Shown: piece by piece, positions 1 through 15,273 of the stretch | How positions within the stretch are numbered: position 1 is the stretch's first letter | Layout of the letters: every line of letters begins with the position of its first letter | Source: Octopus sinensis | Taxonomy: Eukaryota | NCBI RefSeq assembly: GCF_006345805.1 | Contig: NC_042997.1 | Location: forward strand, 3,472,001 to 3,536,000 | Direction: 5' to 3' | DNA: 64,000 nt | Notes under the pieces: generated by a model | Told to the model about the DNA's origin: nothing | What the model saw: the letters and a program-made list of their open reading frames with translations, nothing else | Database searches by the model: none | Position numbers and translations under genes: made by a program

Positions 1-98
1 GCATTTAAGGTGATGAAATAATTGCATTGTTCAATGAAATGGACCCGCTTGAAACGGTCGTACTGCAGCACTTCTTAATATCATGTTGCTTATTTTCA

Positions 99-470
<372 letters not shown>

Positions 471-1219
471 ACAGTTCAATATATTGATAGAGAGAGGTAT
501 ATAATGAAATAATACCTTAGATGTTGTGCATGTTCAGCGTGAGATTTTATCTACGTTAATTCATAAGGTGTTAAACCGGGTAATGTAAAATATCGATTAT
601 CAAACTATAGGTTTCTTCTCCTTTATTTATCCGTTATACATGCTTTTGGGTGGGCGTGTGTGCCTCTAAACAATATGCAATAGATTGTGTGAATGTATGT
701 ATATGTGTGTAAGTGTACGTATATACAGACAAAGGAGTTAGTCAGCTGTGTTAAGGCAGTGACATAACGTAGGACCGTCTATGAGAATACACATGTTGTT
801 AGAAACGAAGGAAAAATATTGCCATTGAATCATAAATAATAAGATTCCCTTCATGAATAGCGCACAGTCAATAATGAAGAGTGGAGAAACAAGGTCACTG
901 ATAAAAGCCTAGTTACTCTTCGATATAGCCATTATCTATTTATTAACATGCATGCATATATTACTTTCCCACTACTCAGCCAGAACTATCTGAATTATAC
1001 GCCCTTGTTCTTTCATGTGATTCACACAAAACAAGGTGCAGACAAAAATATGCGCAGACACATGTGCATGTGTGTGCGCATTTATATATCTATACATGTA
1101 TTTGTTATAGTATCACTATACACGCATAAACACACACAAATATTGTATCTGTACACACGCACACGCACACATATGTATCCCTATATATCTATGTCTATAT
1201 CTATACCTATCTATCAATC

Positions 1220-1296
<77 letters not shown>

Positions 1297-1301
1297 ATAT
1301 A

Positions 1302-1340
<39 letters not shown>

Positions 1341-2197
1341 ATATATATATATATATGCAAGCGAAGTGTGTAAGTGTATGTGTGTGTGTCATATGAGTGG
1401 ATAATCCATATGAACTTGCGGTGCATAAGTGAATTCGTTATTATATATCTGAATGGTGATAATCTTGCACTGTGACCGTTGGAACTGACATATCACGTGT
1501 TTTCACTCTCGTATTTCCCTATGACAAACATTTCACTAGACGTACCACCCGATATATGTAATCTCGGTTTCTGTTAAAGCATTGGTGTCGCAAATAGCCA
1601 CTGGTCTTACTAAAATCTAATTAATAGTGGCAAATGTATTATCAAAATAAAAATTAATATTTGTGGCCCACCAAAAGTTGATGCGCTGTTACAGCACAGG
1701 GTATTGTGTTTTTTACACCGTGAGAGTAACTCCAAAACGATTTCAGGTTAAAAGCAGCAAAAAAAAAAATATCTAGGCTTTATATGCGGATTTCAGATGA
1801 CGGTGAGAAAAAATTAATTACTTGATATCGCCTTAGATGGGCTTCTCAAGGGCAGATGAGAAGCTGAACACGGCAGTACATTCTCCTGTCAGCGATATAT
1901 AGAAACTGTATATATCGTCACTTAATGATTTCAACACAAAACAATTTTATATGAGAAATCCTCTCTTGGTAATTAACATTAGAATATTTCTTCTTACACA
2001 AATTCCATTTTTAGCAAGGGGATAAATATTAAGATTTAGTGATAATATTGCCTCTATTGCTACTGCTGAAATATCTATCTACTGATACAAATGTATGTTT
2101 GCATGTGTGTATATATGTGAGTGTATGTGTGCGTAAATATAAATATATATATATATATATATACACATACGTATACAAGTGTGTATGTATATATGTT

Positions 2198-2272
<75 letters not shown>

Positions 2273-2532
2273 GTGTGTGTGTGAGTACCGAAATAATCAT
2301 CTAAAACTCAATTGTGGAAAGAAAACTCCGATTAATCAATCCTTGTTTTCTTTGTATACGTATAAGTGTAATTCTTCAAGAAAAAAGAAGGGACACTCTA
2401 AGGATCTATGAACCACCTCCTTAAGCGCAGCGAACAAGAACACCAAGAGTTAGCTGTTGATGTTGACAATCCATAACCATCAATATCCCCGATGCAATCC
2501 ACCAAATTGTATGTACGTATTGGTAAATTTAA

Positions 2533-2567
<35 letters not shown>

Positions 2568-2699
2568 TGAATAAATACAAAGGCATACATCATCTTGATT
2601 CGTTTCAATTTTATGTTAGTCGCGATTATACGTCGGTTTTGGAAAACTAACAATGAAGTTAAGTCATTGTATTCGACTTTGCCCCCGTTCGCCACAAAT

Positions 2700-3850
2700 A
2701 TGAACACATTTTGAACACAAGCTATGAAGGACAATAGGAAAGACCGTGCTACGAAACTTTTGAACAATTCTAGGAACTCCTTCAATCGAACATGCTTTGG
2801 TTATCCTCAGATATGAAAACTATCTGTCAGGATCATATGGTGATCAAACATAACTACCGTTGGCTTGCCATGTCCCCAAAACTTTGCAAAATGTTTTGAC
2901 AAATTTGAACGTGGTATAGTGTGTCGGAAGCTGCAAAAACTTGGCACGATTGGATAACTTTGAGAATGGCTATATTGGTTTATAAATGAATGGTCTGAAT
3001 TAATGGTATTCAACAGCGCCACATCTGTGAAAGCACAAATAATGAGCGGTGTTCCACAGACCACTGACCTGGGGCAGATACTATTTATAGTGGCCTTCTG
3101 TGACATGCACCCATCTGTTTGAGTAGCTATCGTTGGTAGATATGCAGATGCTACCAAAGTCTTTCAGAGGATAGAGGACTCTGGTGATGTTGCACATCTA
3201 CAACATCAATTGGACGCATTATACAAGTGGGCTGAGGAAAATAATACTCATCCAATGCTGGAAAATTCTAAGCCCTTCTCCACTAACACAGGACGTTCAA
3301 TGAAATGTAGATAGGATACAATGTCCTAGGAGAGATTCCAATACCTGAACCAAAATCAGTGAGTGACCTGAACATCGACATGAATAATGATGCATATTTC
3401 AAGGTAAGTATTACCAAGTTGGCAATAAAATACAGACGCTTAGCCGGATAGATCTTGCGAACTTTCAAAACAAGAGAAATGAAAATCAGGGTGGTCCTTT
3501 GGAGGACGTTTGTTCTACGCCGTCTGGAGGCTACCCAGCGAAGATACTTGAACAACATTGATACACTGCGGCATATCAGCTATCTGGAGAGACTGAAAGA
3601 GCTAAATTTCATCTCCTTGGAGCATTGGCAGGAAAGATTTGAGATAATATATATGTTGATAATCCTACAAAAACCTATCTCCAACTTTGGCCTTGTCAGT
3701 TACATGAACAGTAAGAATAGGCACCATTGCATAGTACCAAATGTCCCAACATTACTATCAGGATACAGAACCGGATACTGCAACAGCTTGGTCTTCAAAG
3801 GCCCACAGCTCTTCAGTGTCCCCAACAAAGGTTTGGACTTCAATAGAATG
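2700..3850 (+). mobile_element. Decayed CR1/L2-group LINE fragment (RT and C-terminal region)
   Basis: Hand translation gives FAKCFDK (DFxKAFD motif), SGVPQ, YADATK (YADD), WAEEN, then YLERLKELNFISLE and NSLVFKGPQLF, with stops and frameshifts. Confidence 0.8.
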
Positions 3851-4689
3851 TGTAAGTGTATGAAGAAGTTGGAGCATGTATTCATATGAATATAGGCATG
3901 TATACATATGTGTGAACGCATACGCTCCTTTTCTCTATGTATGATTTGAAAAAAAGTGTTTCCCCGTTCATGATTACTCACTATATAATATATTGCAAAG
4001 GTTTTCTATAAGGTTCTGAAATTCAACGTGTTTCCCCACTTGAGTGTGAGTGTGTGTGTGGGTGCGTGTGCGTGTATGTTCGCGTGCGTTTATGTGAGTG
4101 CGTACGTATATTCGTGTATGCGTATATGTGTATGCGTATGTGTGAGTGTTTTTGTCTAAGCGTGTGAATGTTTCTTTTGATCTTTTTTCTTTTTATGTAT
4201 TTGTGTGTAAATGTATGTGTATAACTGTACACACTAGTGTTCTTTATTCACACGCAAGGGCTCTTTCATGTTTCTTATGACTCCTGGTCAGCTTTTGACC
4301 TTTATGAGTGTTTCTCAATAATTTATCTAAGTCCGTTGTCTAAACCATTCTATCAATTCTCTGGTAGCCGCTATCTGTTTTATATTCTTAGGTTAATGAA
4401 TGTTATTCCTAATCCCAACCATCTCTTTTCTCCTCCATGTATCATCCTCTTTCCTCCTACTCAATAACTACTTAACGAAACCTACTTTACTTCCATTGGG
4501 GTGAACTCTCCACTAATCAATACCTTCATTGGTCATTTGACTTTGATTCTGTTTTCCCTTTTTATTTTTTCGATTGACCATTTCTACTTGGGCCGGTTTC
4601 ATAGCACATTTCAGCGTCTCAAATCACAATATAAACAAAGTATAAGTCCTGAAGATTACCTAAGCTGTATTTGTATTTATTAAAACTTT

Positions 4690-5125
4690 CGAAACTCGGC
4701 TGAAAAGTCATTGGCGAATTTAGCCATAATCACATGGAATGTGACCAAGTGATGATTATTTTTCAACATAGTCCCTGTTGAGTTTCACAGACTCATCGCA
4801 TCGGTATTGCAGTGCTTGGGTTTTGTTGGTGAAGAAATTTTCATCCTTTCTGTCAAAATGTTAATAACATCAGATATAACCTTATCATTTGTTCGCTATT
4901 GGTTCTCAGTCAATGTTCTTTAATGTTAGGGAACAGGTGATAGTCGGATGTGAACAAATCAGGAGAATAGGAAGGCTGAGCAACCGGTTGAAAGACACAA
5001 TCACACACAGCAGTCAGTGAAACCAAGAACTTGCATTATTTTGCTGAAGCAAACAATTACCTCAGTTACCTGGGGGCTTGGTCTTGTTTGCCTTCTGTAA
5101 CTGTCTCAGCAAGGTGATATAGAAA
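4690..5125 (-). mobile_element. Mariner transposase 3' relic with right-end TIR remnant
   Basis: Minus strand reads LLRQLQKANKTKPPG, QNNAS (HQDNAP-like) and SYSPDLFTSDYHLFPNIKE; CGGCTGAAAAGT near 4697 resembles a mariner TIR. Confidence 0.7.
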
Positions 5126-6101
5126 TCTATATACAAAATGTAGCCCTTTTGAACGTAATATATAAAAAGAATGCCGTTTGCATTCAAACAGAGACCTTCA
5201 CCTTCCCTGTCTATTTCGAAGTATATTCGCTACTAGCTACTTGTGAGCACTTCTTTGAACAGTCAGATGTCAGTTTAACTGAAAACATTAATAACAAATA
5301 TACTTATAAATACGACTAGTGAAATTAAAGCACGCAAGATATCACAGCTGTGACACTCCATTTTCATAGTTAGCCTCTGAACTTTTCCGCCCTCCTTTGT
5401 ATCTAATAATATTCACTTGAATATAAACAGTTTCATTCATTAATGTTTGAATAGTGATATAAGTGCGCGTGTCACAGTTCGTGCCTCAGTGCGTCAGTTT
5501 GAGTGGGTGCGAGTGCTGGAGCTTTTGTGTGAGTATATGTGTGTATACACATAGATTCATACACATAAAGAAAAACATTTGAATAAATGATTTATAGAAA
5601 ATGTCCGTCTATTTCACACGATCGAAAACAAGGAAACGTGTTAGTATCAACAGACGCATATGTGGACATCCATTCAGTAGGTGAAAGCGATATAGATCGT
5701 ACATGAAAGTCCCGATATACTATCAATCGTCTCATGGCTGAGCGACCACGCTATAAAAGAATGTAAGTGGCTTCATCACGGTTAGAATATCATACGTGAA
5801 CCACTTGCTGCGTTAGCCCCCCACAAAAGATACACATGTTTTCTGCTCATTATTATTTCCTACAAATAGACATATACGTATGTAAGTCTATGAAACGTAC
5901 ACATACACATACTTTATATATGTATGTATATATAAATATATATATATAATTATATATATATATATATATACATATATACATATATATATACACACATATA
6001 TATGTATATACATATATATATGTATGTATATATCAATATGCATATATATATATATATATTCATATGTATATATAGATACATATATATCAACATATATACA
6101 C

Positions 6102-6176
<75 letters not shown>

Positions 6177-7673
6177 TTTATACATGTATACATGCAAACA
6201 TGCACATTGATATATACACGACTAAAGTGTTTTTTCAATAAATCATTATTATTTTCAGACATGTAGTTCATAGCATGACTCTCTCAGGGCAAAATGTGTT
6301 ACTTTTATTTGAATAGAAACAGATTTATATACATTTATGTTGATAGAGCATTGTTTTGTTCTTGTGCATCCAAAACCTTAGTGGCGACCATTACTTGTAG
6401 TATTACATTTGCTATAACATCACCGCCTCCCAACTCTGTCGCAGCTTTTCTCCGTTTCCCTATGCCCACATTCGCCCCTTCCCCACATACACACACAAAC
6501 ATGAAATTAGTATCGCTTTCTTTATCTTCAGGCAAATGTGTCCACAAACTCGGTAGAGCGTTAGACAAAATACCATGTATTAAACAGACGCATCCGTTTA
6601 CATTTTGATTTCAAATTCAACTGGGGTCAGCTTCGCTTTCAAAATTTGATAAAAATAATAGGAACTAAGTGCCGGAGGTCATGTGAATTATGATAACGTA
6701 ACCAACCAAGTATAGCTGAATATCTGAATTAGAAACTCGAATGACGTTGTCATCAATATCATATTCAACACATTGCTTACTTATACCAACAAGATAATAT
6801 TCATCAGAATTATTCTCCTTGTTTTCAGTTGGTTTGTTTTTATTGATTGTTGTCACGGTACGAACAGCGCTATTTGTATTCACTATATGCAGAGCTGTTA
6901 TTATTTTTTGTTTTTGTATATGCAGTTGTCGCCAACACCATTTGTATAATCTGTATTCAATGACTAATGGCAATGTTCACATAACTTTCTACAAACCTCT
7001 AAGAAATTTTTTTGTGTCGTCTGTATTTTACTTTAAACACCTTTCCTTGAAGTTATCACCACTGTTTCGGTTTTCAGATCCTGTTTAACTTGATATTTAT
7101 ACTTAAATAGATGGGGTTCCGTCGTTTAGAACCTTCCTTCCTACTAATGTGGTTTGGAATTACTCACATTGCGCGGCATCTTCGGAGAATGTTTTCTGCT
7201 CTCATCCCTGGCATGGCCGACAAAGGCTCTGTCAGAGAATTTGGTAGACAGAGATTAAATAAAGCCCGTTCTGCGCATGTCATCTTCCCCTTTCTGCCTT
7301 ATTACTTTGACCATCTCAGCAACGTCTTTTCTCTCCCACGCTAATCTCAATGTTCTCATGAAGGAGACGAAGGCACGAAATATAAAAACATAAGATAAAA
7401 CTCCATCTTTGGTTTAATTTCTATTTCATTTGTAGTTTACTTTCTATCTTCTCACAATATAGAAATATAGAAATATAGTGTAACACTATAACTTTTATTT
7501 CGTTTTCTGTTCCTTTTATAGTTTACTTAGTATCTTCTGGAAAGTTCTGGACTTACACAACAAATCTCATTAAAGTAATATTGCGTACTGCATCACTGAA
7601 ATTACTCTGTTACATATACATATATAAAAGCTATGTGGGTGTGTGTGTATTTGTATCTATCTATCTATCTATC

Positions 7674-7722
<49 letters not shown>

Positions 7723-7725
7723 ATC

Positions 7726-7814
<89 letters not shown>

Positions 7815-7843
7815 TGATACAAATACACACCCACCCACAAGAT

Positions 7844-7979
7844 GGAGCCTTGTATCTTTGTTGGAAACCGGGTCCCTCCTCAGTGGGCAATTTATAATAA
7901 TTAAAAAATAAAAGAGACAAACATGCACACATACATGCTTGCATGAATGCATACACACATATACACATGCATATATACG

Positions 7980-8038
<59 letters not shown>

Positions 8039-8240
8039 CATATATATATATACATATATATATATACATATATATATACATATTTATACATGTATATATA
8101 TATATATGTATATATATGTATATATGTATGTATGCATACATGCAAGCATGTATGTGTGCATGTATGTCTCTTTTATTTTTTAATTATTATAAATTGCCCA
8201 CTGAGGAGGGAGCCGGTTTCCAACAAAGATACAAGGCTCC
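7844..8240. repeat. ~110-bp near-perfect inverted repeat around a (TA)n spacer
   Basis: 7844-~7955 is the reverse complement of ~8129-8240 with 3 mismatches by eye. Confidence 0.92.
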
Positions 8241-8660
8241 GTCTTTGGGATATAGTTAACACAGAGAAAGTCAAATTTGTAACTAGGGGAAAGCCTTGTA
8301 TATTTTTACTATTCCACTCACAGACTACACTTGTAATGTACGAATGACCCGGTCGGTTTCTCTTTCTATAAATCCCAGTTTATTCAGATTCTCCTTTAAG
8401 AATTTACTAACAAAACCTAGAGCTCTGATTATTGTTGATATGAATATGAATTCATAGTCTGGATATACAAACTGGAGATTTGGAAGCAGTTGTCCATATA
8501 TATCCTTTTCTCTTTTATTTTCCAAGATATATTTATATCTGCAGTGCAGCAGACCTCTGTGATGGTACATACCTTTCCCCCTCTGCTCCAGACAACAATA
8601 TACGGAGATGTATGTATTGTTTGTTTAGCTCCACCCCCATAACAACTTATGGAAAAGAGT
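8130..8660 (-). mobile_element. 3' end of a retroelement with a restriction-like endonuclease (REL) domain
   Basis: Overlapping ORFs 8429-8740 and 8325-8570 join across a frameshift to give SPYIVVW..CTITEVCCTADINI..K.EK.IYGQLLPNLQFVYPDYEFIF..IIRALG, a PD-(D/E)xK REL pattern. A hairpin and AATAAA follow in the 3' UTR. Confidence 0.6.
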
Positions 8661-10597
8661 ACCGACAGAATAAATACCAAATATAAAATTATGGATCGAT
8701 GTCGATTTGTTTGACTGCTTCCTTGCAGGTAGTTCTCCAAGATGGCCGCACCTCATTTGCTGTCAAGAGTAAAATGTAAAATTTTAAGACAATTTTCCAA
8801 TGCTCTATACTCCATTCGAACTGATGCTATTATACTAGGGTGCAACTTTACCGCATAATATTTGGCAACATAATTTTGTACAATTACATTCACTGCTACA
8901 TGAAGGTCATTGGTCGTATCTAAAATTATGTTAGTTGTTACACTAATTTTACACCATAAATTTCCTAAAAGTATCCAATAATGCTGGCAAAATTTTCAGT
9001 GTATGAAATTACAACAATCATAGCATTAGACAGTCTATGTTGGGGAAATGTGAGAAGAAGAAAAAAAAAAGAAAAGTAGACATTTTTGCTTTTATTCTAC
9101 CACAGCAAATACATAATCTTTTGTTTCTTAATGTATTCAACATTTCAAAAGGACCTCTCTGTAAATTTAGCTAAACATGATTTGACTGTTGTTGTAATTA
9201 GGAATTAGCTTTTAATATGTAGTTTAAAGTTATATATGTCTTTGCTAATTCCCCAAATGCATTTGTCATGGATGGATCATCATAATTTCACTTCATATTC
9301 TGCAGTTTCAAGTTTTATATCAGTAATTTCTGGTTACATATTTCTTAATATAATTGCTTTCAAACTCTGCTGCTTGTTATTGAATGTGATTCTGTTCTTA
9401 GGTTTTCGGCCGATGCAGTTTAGTTAACTTCATATCTGTGTAACCATCTTATTAATTTAGCGATATTTTATCATCTTTTGCAAAAGGTCAATCCACATAG
9501 CAATTACCTCTGGTTTGGGAAAAAAAAACATAAATATGTTCTAGGGTGATAAGTTGTTCATGGTTAGAAGAAATGTTATCGACCGCAATACTTTATAAAT
9601 CAGTAACCGTTATGCATTTGCTTTTGCTATATATATAGTTAATATGTTCGTTTTTGTACATATTTTTTCAGAAATATTATCATCAACAGATACCCCTTTT
9701 ATCAGTATCGCATATAGAGATACCGTTAAGGTAATACGCATATCGTTACTTTTGTTACTCCATAGAGGTTACATTCTTTACTGTGGATCTTCGAACATTA
9801 GGTCTTGCAATTGTATTAAGCCTTTTGGTTGTCCAGAACACTTGACTCATGTGGCATAATGTTTCTGAAGTTGAGAATTTGTACTGCAGATGTTTTATAG
9901 CTAATTCAGTTTCTTCTGAGAATGTTATTGCTGCGACATAATCAATTTTTGTTTTTACTTTCACGTTCAATAAAGACACATAGCATGCCCACTTGACTGG
10001 TGGAATTTCCTTATAAAATATATAATATCATGCCAGTTTATTATCCTATCCTGTTTGTATTTTTCTTCACGAATGTTAAATACACTATACGCTTTTTGGC
10101 AGATCCGACTCTGATTACAAGAGCTCTTTGCTTATTCTATTAAAAAGTAGCATGTTTTTGTTTCAAATGGAGATTCAATCATTTAGGGTTACTTACCACT
10201 ATGCTACATTTTAGTTAACTTGAAATACAATGGAACCAAGGTTTATGATACAGCTCATTCAATCTTTACGTTTTAACATACAGTCTAAATTTTCACATTA
10301 ATTTCTTTCTGCAATATTAGGTAGGCATATTTCGCTTACTTGAATTTAAATACCCCACCAATCAAGCAAGCTTTATATAGCCAATTACTCGATGCGTGTA
10401 TTCTTAGTACAGTTCAAATAAGATATTAGTCCCTAGATAAAACTAAGGTTTCGAAACTTGAATATTTTGGGCTTTGTACATTAGGTTTGTCACATTAATA
10501 AAACATAATTATCACTTTGACAACAATAGAGAAATTATTCAAACTTTGATGGAATTTGCATGAATTCTACGTTTATTTTTCTGCTTGTATTCGTGTA

Positions 10598-10920
10598 CAG
10601 TGAATGCTTAGTGGTTACGGTAATGGACTCATGGTAATGATCGTGAGTTGGGTTCTCGACGCTGCCCTTTGTACTTGAGCAAGACACATTATTTCACCTT
10701 GCTCAAATCTACTGAGCTGGCAAAAATGAGCAGTACCTGTAATTCACAACGCCGGCCTTGTAACATTCTGTATCACGTTAAATCTTTCTGAGAACTACGT
10801 TGAAAATACGCGTGTTTGCGGAGAGCTCAGAAAATTGCACGTTAATTTCTCGAGCAGGCTGTTCCGTTGATAGGATCAGTTGGAGCCCTCATCGTCGTAA
10901 CCGAGGGAATGGTACTTATT
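10598..10920 (+). mobile_element. tRNA-derived SINE
   Basis: Box A-like TGCTTAGTGGTTA, degenerate box B, central TTGAGCAAGACAC domain; ends in a (TA)/(CA) tract. Confidence 0.7.
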
Positions 10921-10964
10921 TGTATATATCTGTACATACATACACACATATCATATATATATAT

Positions 10965-11050
<86 letters not shown>

Positions 11051-11699
11051 ATTGATATAGGATAAAATCTTTTTCGGGAAAAAAATTTTTCAGTGGCCAG
11101 CATATCAAAAAATGCATTTAAAGGTAAAATTTATACATAATTTACAGGATAAGGGCAGAAGAAAAATTCGAATGCCAGATACGCCGAAACAAAAGATTGT
11201 CGATAACCATTAAATTTATGCGTCTCGAAACAAACCGAAAGAAATCTCTAAAAAATTCGTTATTACCGTATTGGTCCAATTTCGGGGTTATTTCACAAGA
11301 GATTTTTCCCTCTTCAGCGGCACATACGCGAGATATAAATGAAATACTTATTCATACCCATATTACTATTTTCGCGGATAACGGTTAACATTCAAATTTG
11401 CTTTTTTTAATTTTTTAAATCTTTTTGTTGCACACACTAACATATACAATACATACGTATATCTACAAGCATGCTTATATGTGCATGCATGTACATACTC
11501 CGACACTCATATATACAACATACAACACATATTCACACGTAAACACATATACATTTACACATACGTACATATGTGTGAATCTATGTACGCTTATACGGTT
11601 CTATATAAATACATATGCATTTCAATATCATGCATCTCATCATGTATGCATGGATTTCTAGATGTAAATGAAAGAAAGGGGTGGTAGTCCCGAATGGAA

Positions 11700-12240
11700 A
11701 CTGAATGTTACCTAATTTTGATTTACTGTCGAGAGTGGGTTTGTATTCTTTTACACAGACAGCCTCAGTATTGCATCAGTGGAATGTGTAGATAAGATGT
11801 TTAACTTAAGTTTCCTCAAGGAGCACTTGTGGCAGTCTACAGCATACTTTTAGAAGATGGAGTTTTTTTCTGCTTTTCTTTTGCAGTGTAGTTGTACAAG
11901 TATTCTTTGAACCTATCATTGATACTCCTAGAAGGCTCATCAATGTATGACTCTGTGATAGTCACGCAAGCTCTTTCTTGGCACTTAACCTGATATACAG
12001 TGCTCTGCGTTTTGCAGTTCACATGTGGATTTGTACAACATACTGCACAATTATTCAGACACGTGATTCTATCAAATGGATATGATATTATTAATATAGA
12101 TTTGATAGCCTTACCTTTCTTTTCTATAAATTTGAACTTAAGATCAGTTGTGCGCAAGATTTTCTTAAATGCCTTACCTAATTCGTTCTTAGGTGTAGCG
12201 TCAACAAACATTACACTGTGAAACTTCTTGTTATCCTAAA
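11700..12240 (-). mobile_element. Penelope-like element C-terminal relic (linker and GIY-YIG endonuclease)
   Basis: ORF 11837-12211 has FVDATP, a Cys cluster (CLNNCAVC..C), VYQVKC and YIDEPSRSINDRFKEY (YIGETSRS..RF.EH-like); downstream continues DAILR..EYKPTLDSK. Confidence 0.75.
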
Positions 12241-15048
12241 AAGTACTGTTTTTAATGTTTTTTGGGGGAGGGGGAGTCCCTCTCCAATCTATTCCAGAAC
12301 TTGCTGCGGCACAGGGGGCATATACCGTTACGTCATCTCTTAGAATGCGTTCGAATCTTGCTTTAGCTCCTTTGTACACTCAGATTCTATTGCACTGTGT
12401 GTATCCAGAACGTTGTATTCGTAACATATATTACTGGATATATGTATTTAAGACATTGTATCCATTCACCGTTAGACGGTGGTGAGAGGGACAAACGCAC
12501 ACACACATATACACACAATCATTAGACGTAAATATGTACAATAATATTCCTACGTGTACAAACACACACGCACACATACACACACACACACATGTACACA
12601 TACACGCATTAACGCATACAAACACATGCACACAAACTCAAACGAACACACTTATATGTTTGTGTGTATAAATGTGTGTGTATGTTTGTGTGTCTACGCG
12701 TGAAAATCTTTGTATGTTTGTGGGCGGTGTCTACGCGTGAAAATCTTTGTATGTTTGTGGGCGTGTATGTATGTCAGTTATATGTGTTTAATAATTGCGA
12801 GTATATCTGTGCCGTGTATTTCAGCGTGTTCCTTTGGGAGCATGTTTTTCTATATGCATACACAAGCGAAACTTTATTGCTTTGCACTACCATATATGTG
12901 TGTCAATGAGCGAGGAATAGCTATTTATGTTTGACAATGTATTATAATGTGGTTAATATTTCGATGTTCAAGCACTTACTCTACGTAATACAACGAAACT
13001 TCAATTTGTGTCTGAAATGGACTGAAATTCATGTTTATTGGTTATTATTATTCACGAGGTCAAATCTTTACAGATGACTGATTTTTATAAAATATATACA
13101 TATAAAATACAATTATTATTATATGATGATGGAAGCAAAAGATCAATGAAAAAGTTTCACAGGAAGAGAAATTGCATCACGGTGACGATGACTGCTATAA
13201 ACGCTTGAACATGACTATACAATTGTAAAACAAAATGTCCTGTTTCCATTAACTGGGTGCATGATCGTAATTGAATGTTTCGATGTAGTCATTCAGCAGC
13301 ATTGAGTGTTTAATGCACCCAACACCAGGTTATTCAGTTGGTTATGTTTCACCGGATATTGCAAATAGGAAGAGTATTGGAAAGGAAATTGTTTAAGTAG
13401 ATATCTGTAGATATTTAAATTGTCAGCTCTGACTTTCTATGTGTTGTACATTATATATTTCCTACGACAATGACATGATCAATGAAATATATTACAAATT
13501 TACTTTATAAACATGATGTGTGTATCTCTCCTTAGAGCTTACTGGACACACAAAATTTTAAGAGAATGTAGTAAATATTTAAATATTGAATACATTTTAT
13601 CAATTATAATGAGAAATAAACACTGAAGCAATCAGCATTATTTGCTATGAAACATACTAAACTGAGTAATCCGTTTCTTAATATTTGAAATTCTGAATTA
13701 ATTTGCTATAAGGAAGAGGGAACACCTACGAATCCGCGCTGTGTACATTTGACATTGAGTGTGGATTTTCGAATGTACTGATTAATTGAAAGCAGCCAAA
13801 AATAATAACATGGAAATGATAATAAGTAGTAAAAGGCAAAACATGGAGCAAAACAGTATTTTATTAGCGAGTTATAAAACTGAGATTTATCATAGTTTCA
13901 CAAAACTTCGTGTTGTTTCTGTATATATAAGTAGAAGTGAATCTGTATGAGCATCGCAATAACTCGAACTCTCCAAGGTTGCATCACAGGGGTAAGCAGC
14001 CATACTGTTAGAATAGTTTCAGATTGTTTCATCTTCAGTACCATGTCTTGATTCTAAATCTCGTTTTACATAGCAGATTAATCCAGTGTTATATTTCCTA
14101 AAATTAATGAAATCCTGTCCCGATACTCTTTATATTCTAGTTTATTTTTTCAGACAAGCTACACTCGTGCGTGTTTCTGTGTGTGTGTGTTTGTGCTTGT
14201 ACAAGCGTATGTGTCTAAATGTGAGAGAGAGGAGGGGGAAAGAGTGTGTGTGTGTGCGTGCGTATGTGTTATCGTGCCTTCGTGTATAAAAATACGACAA
14301 TATTGAAAAATCATTTGAGAAATAATTACATTAGCTGACGCTTACAAAAGCCCTTGTTACAGAATTCAGAATCATCTCATTCTCCCGTTGAGCTGTTATT
14401 ATATATCCTATATGGAAACACATCAAGTATCTTTTAATTCCAGGTTAATCTCGCTTTTTTACTCAATGAATTTTAACCTGTCGCGCTGTATTTGAAAATT
14501 TTATTTCCCGTCATATATCCATCAGCACCTAAAGTATATTATTCCCCACAACAATGTCAGAGGTGTATACAGTCTATCTTCTCTTATGCTCTAAGCCAAT
14601 TTTATCGCAATATAAATGATATATATACTTATGAAATTACATAATATACTCTTACCTACAAAACAAAATTAAAGCGAAAACGTACGAGAATTAATTAAAT
14701 TAATACGAATATTAAATAAATTTATCCATGTTCCACAATGAACAAAACCATTCATAGACATAGGAGAATTTTCCCACTATAGTATGCATTTATACACTTT
14801 GATTATGAATTATCATACATATATATAGCAAATGAAAGACAGAAGATGGAATATACAAGAACTTAGTATTAATCACGACAATTGTTTCGACACATCTAGC
14901 ATTGATTCCTCTTGGGTGGGACACTCAACAACTGGTTCAGGAGTATCCAGTAAGCTACGAGGAGTAAACCATTCATTTTATATCGGTTACACAAACACAC
15001 TCACACACACCCACACACACTCACACACACACATACACATACACACCC

Positions 15049-15121
<73 letters not shown>

Positions 15122-15124
<3 letters not shown>

Positions 15125-15273
15125 TCCTTCTTTCAGTTTCTGTCCACCAAATCCACTCACAAGGATTTGGTAAGACCGAGGCTATAGTAGAAGACACTTG
15201 CCCAAGGTGCCATGCAGTGAGATTGAACCGGGAGCCATAACGTTGCTAAGCAAGCTACTTATTACACAGCGAC
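15122..15273 (-). mobile_element. tRNA-derived SINE, 5' half
   Basis: Reverse complement reads GTCGCTGTGTAATAAGTAGCTTGC..CCGGTTCAATCTCAC..CTTGGGCAAGTGTCTTCTACTATAGCCTCGG; related copies at 21026 and 46725. Confidence 0.85.

Noticed and set aside
14860-14960. Hammerhead on the minus strand (GAAACAATTGTC with palindromic stem III)
   Set aside because: No CUGANGA half-core at a suitable distance; at best a decayed relic.
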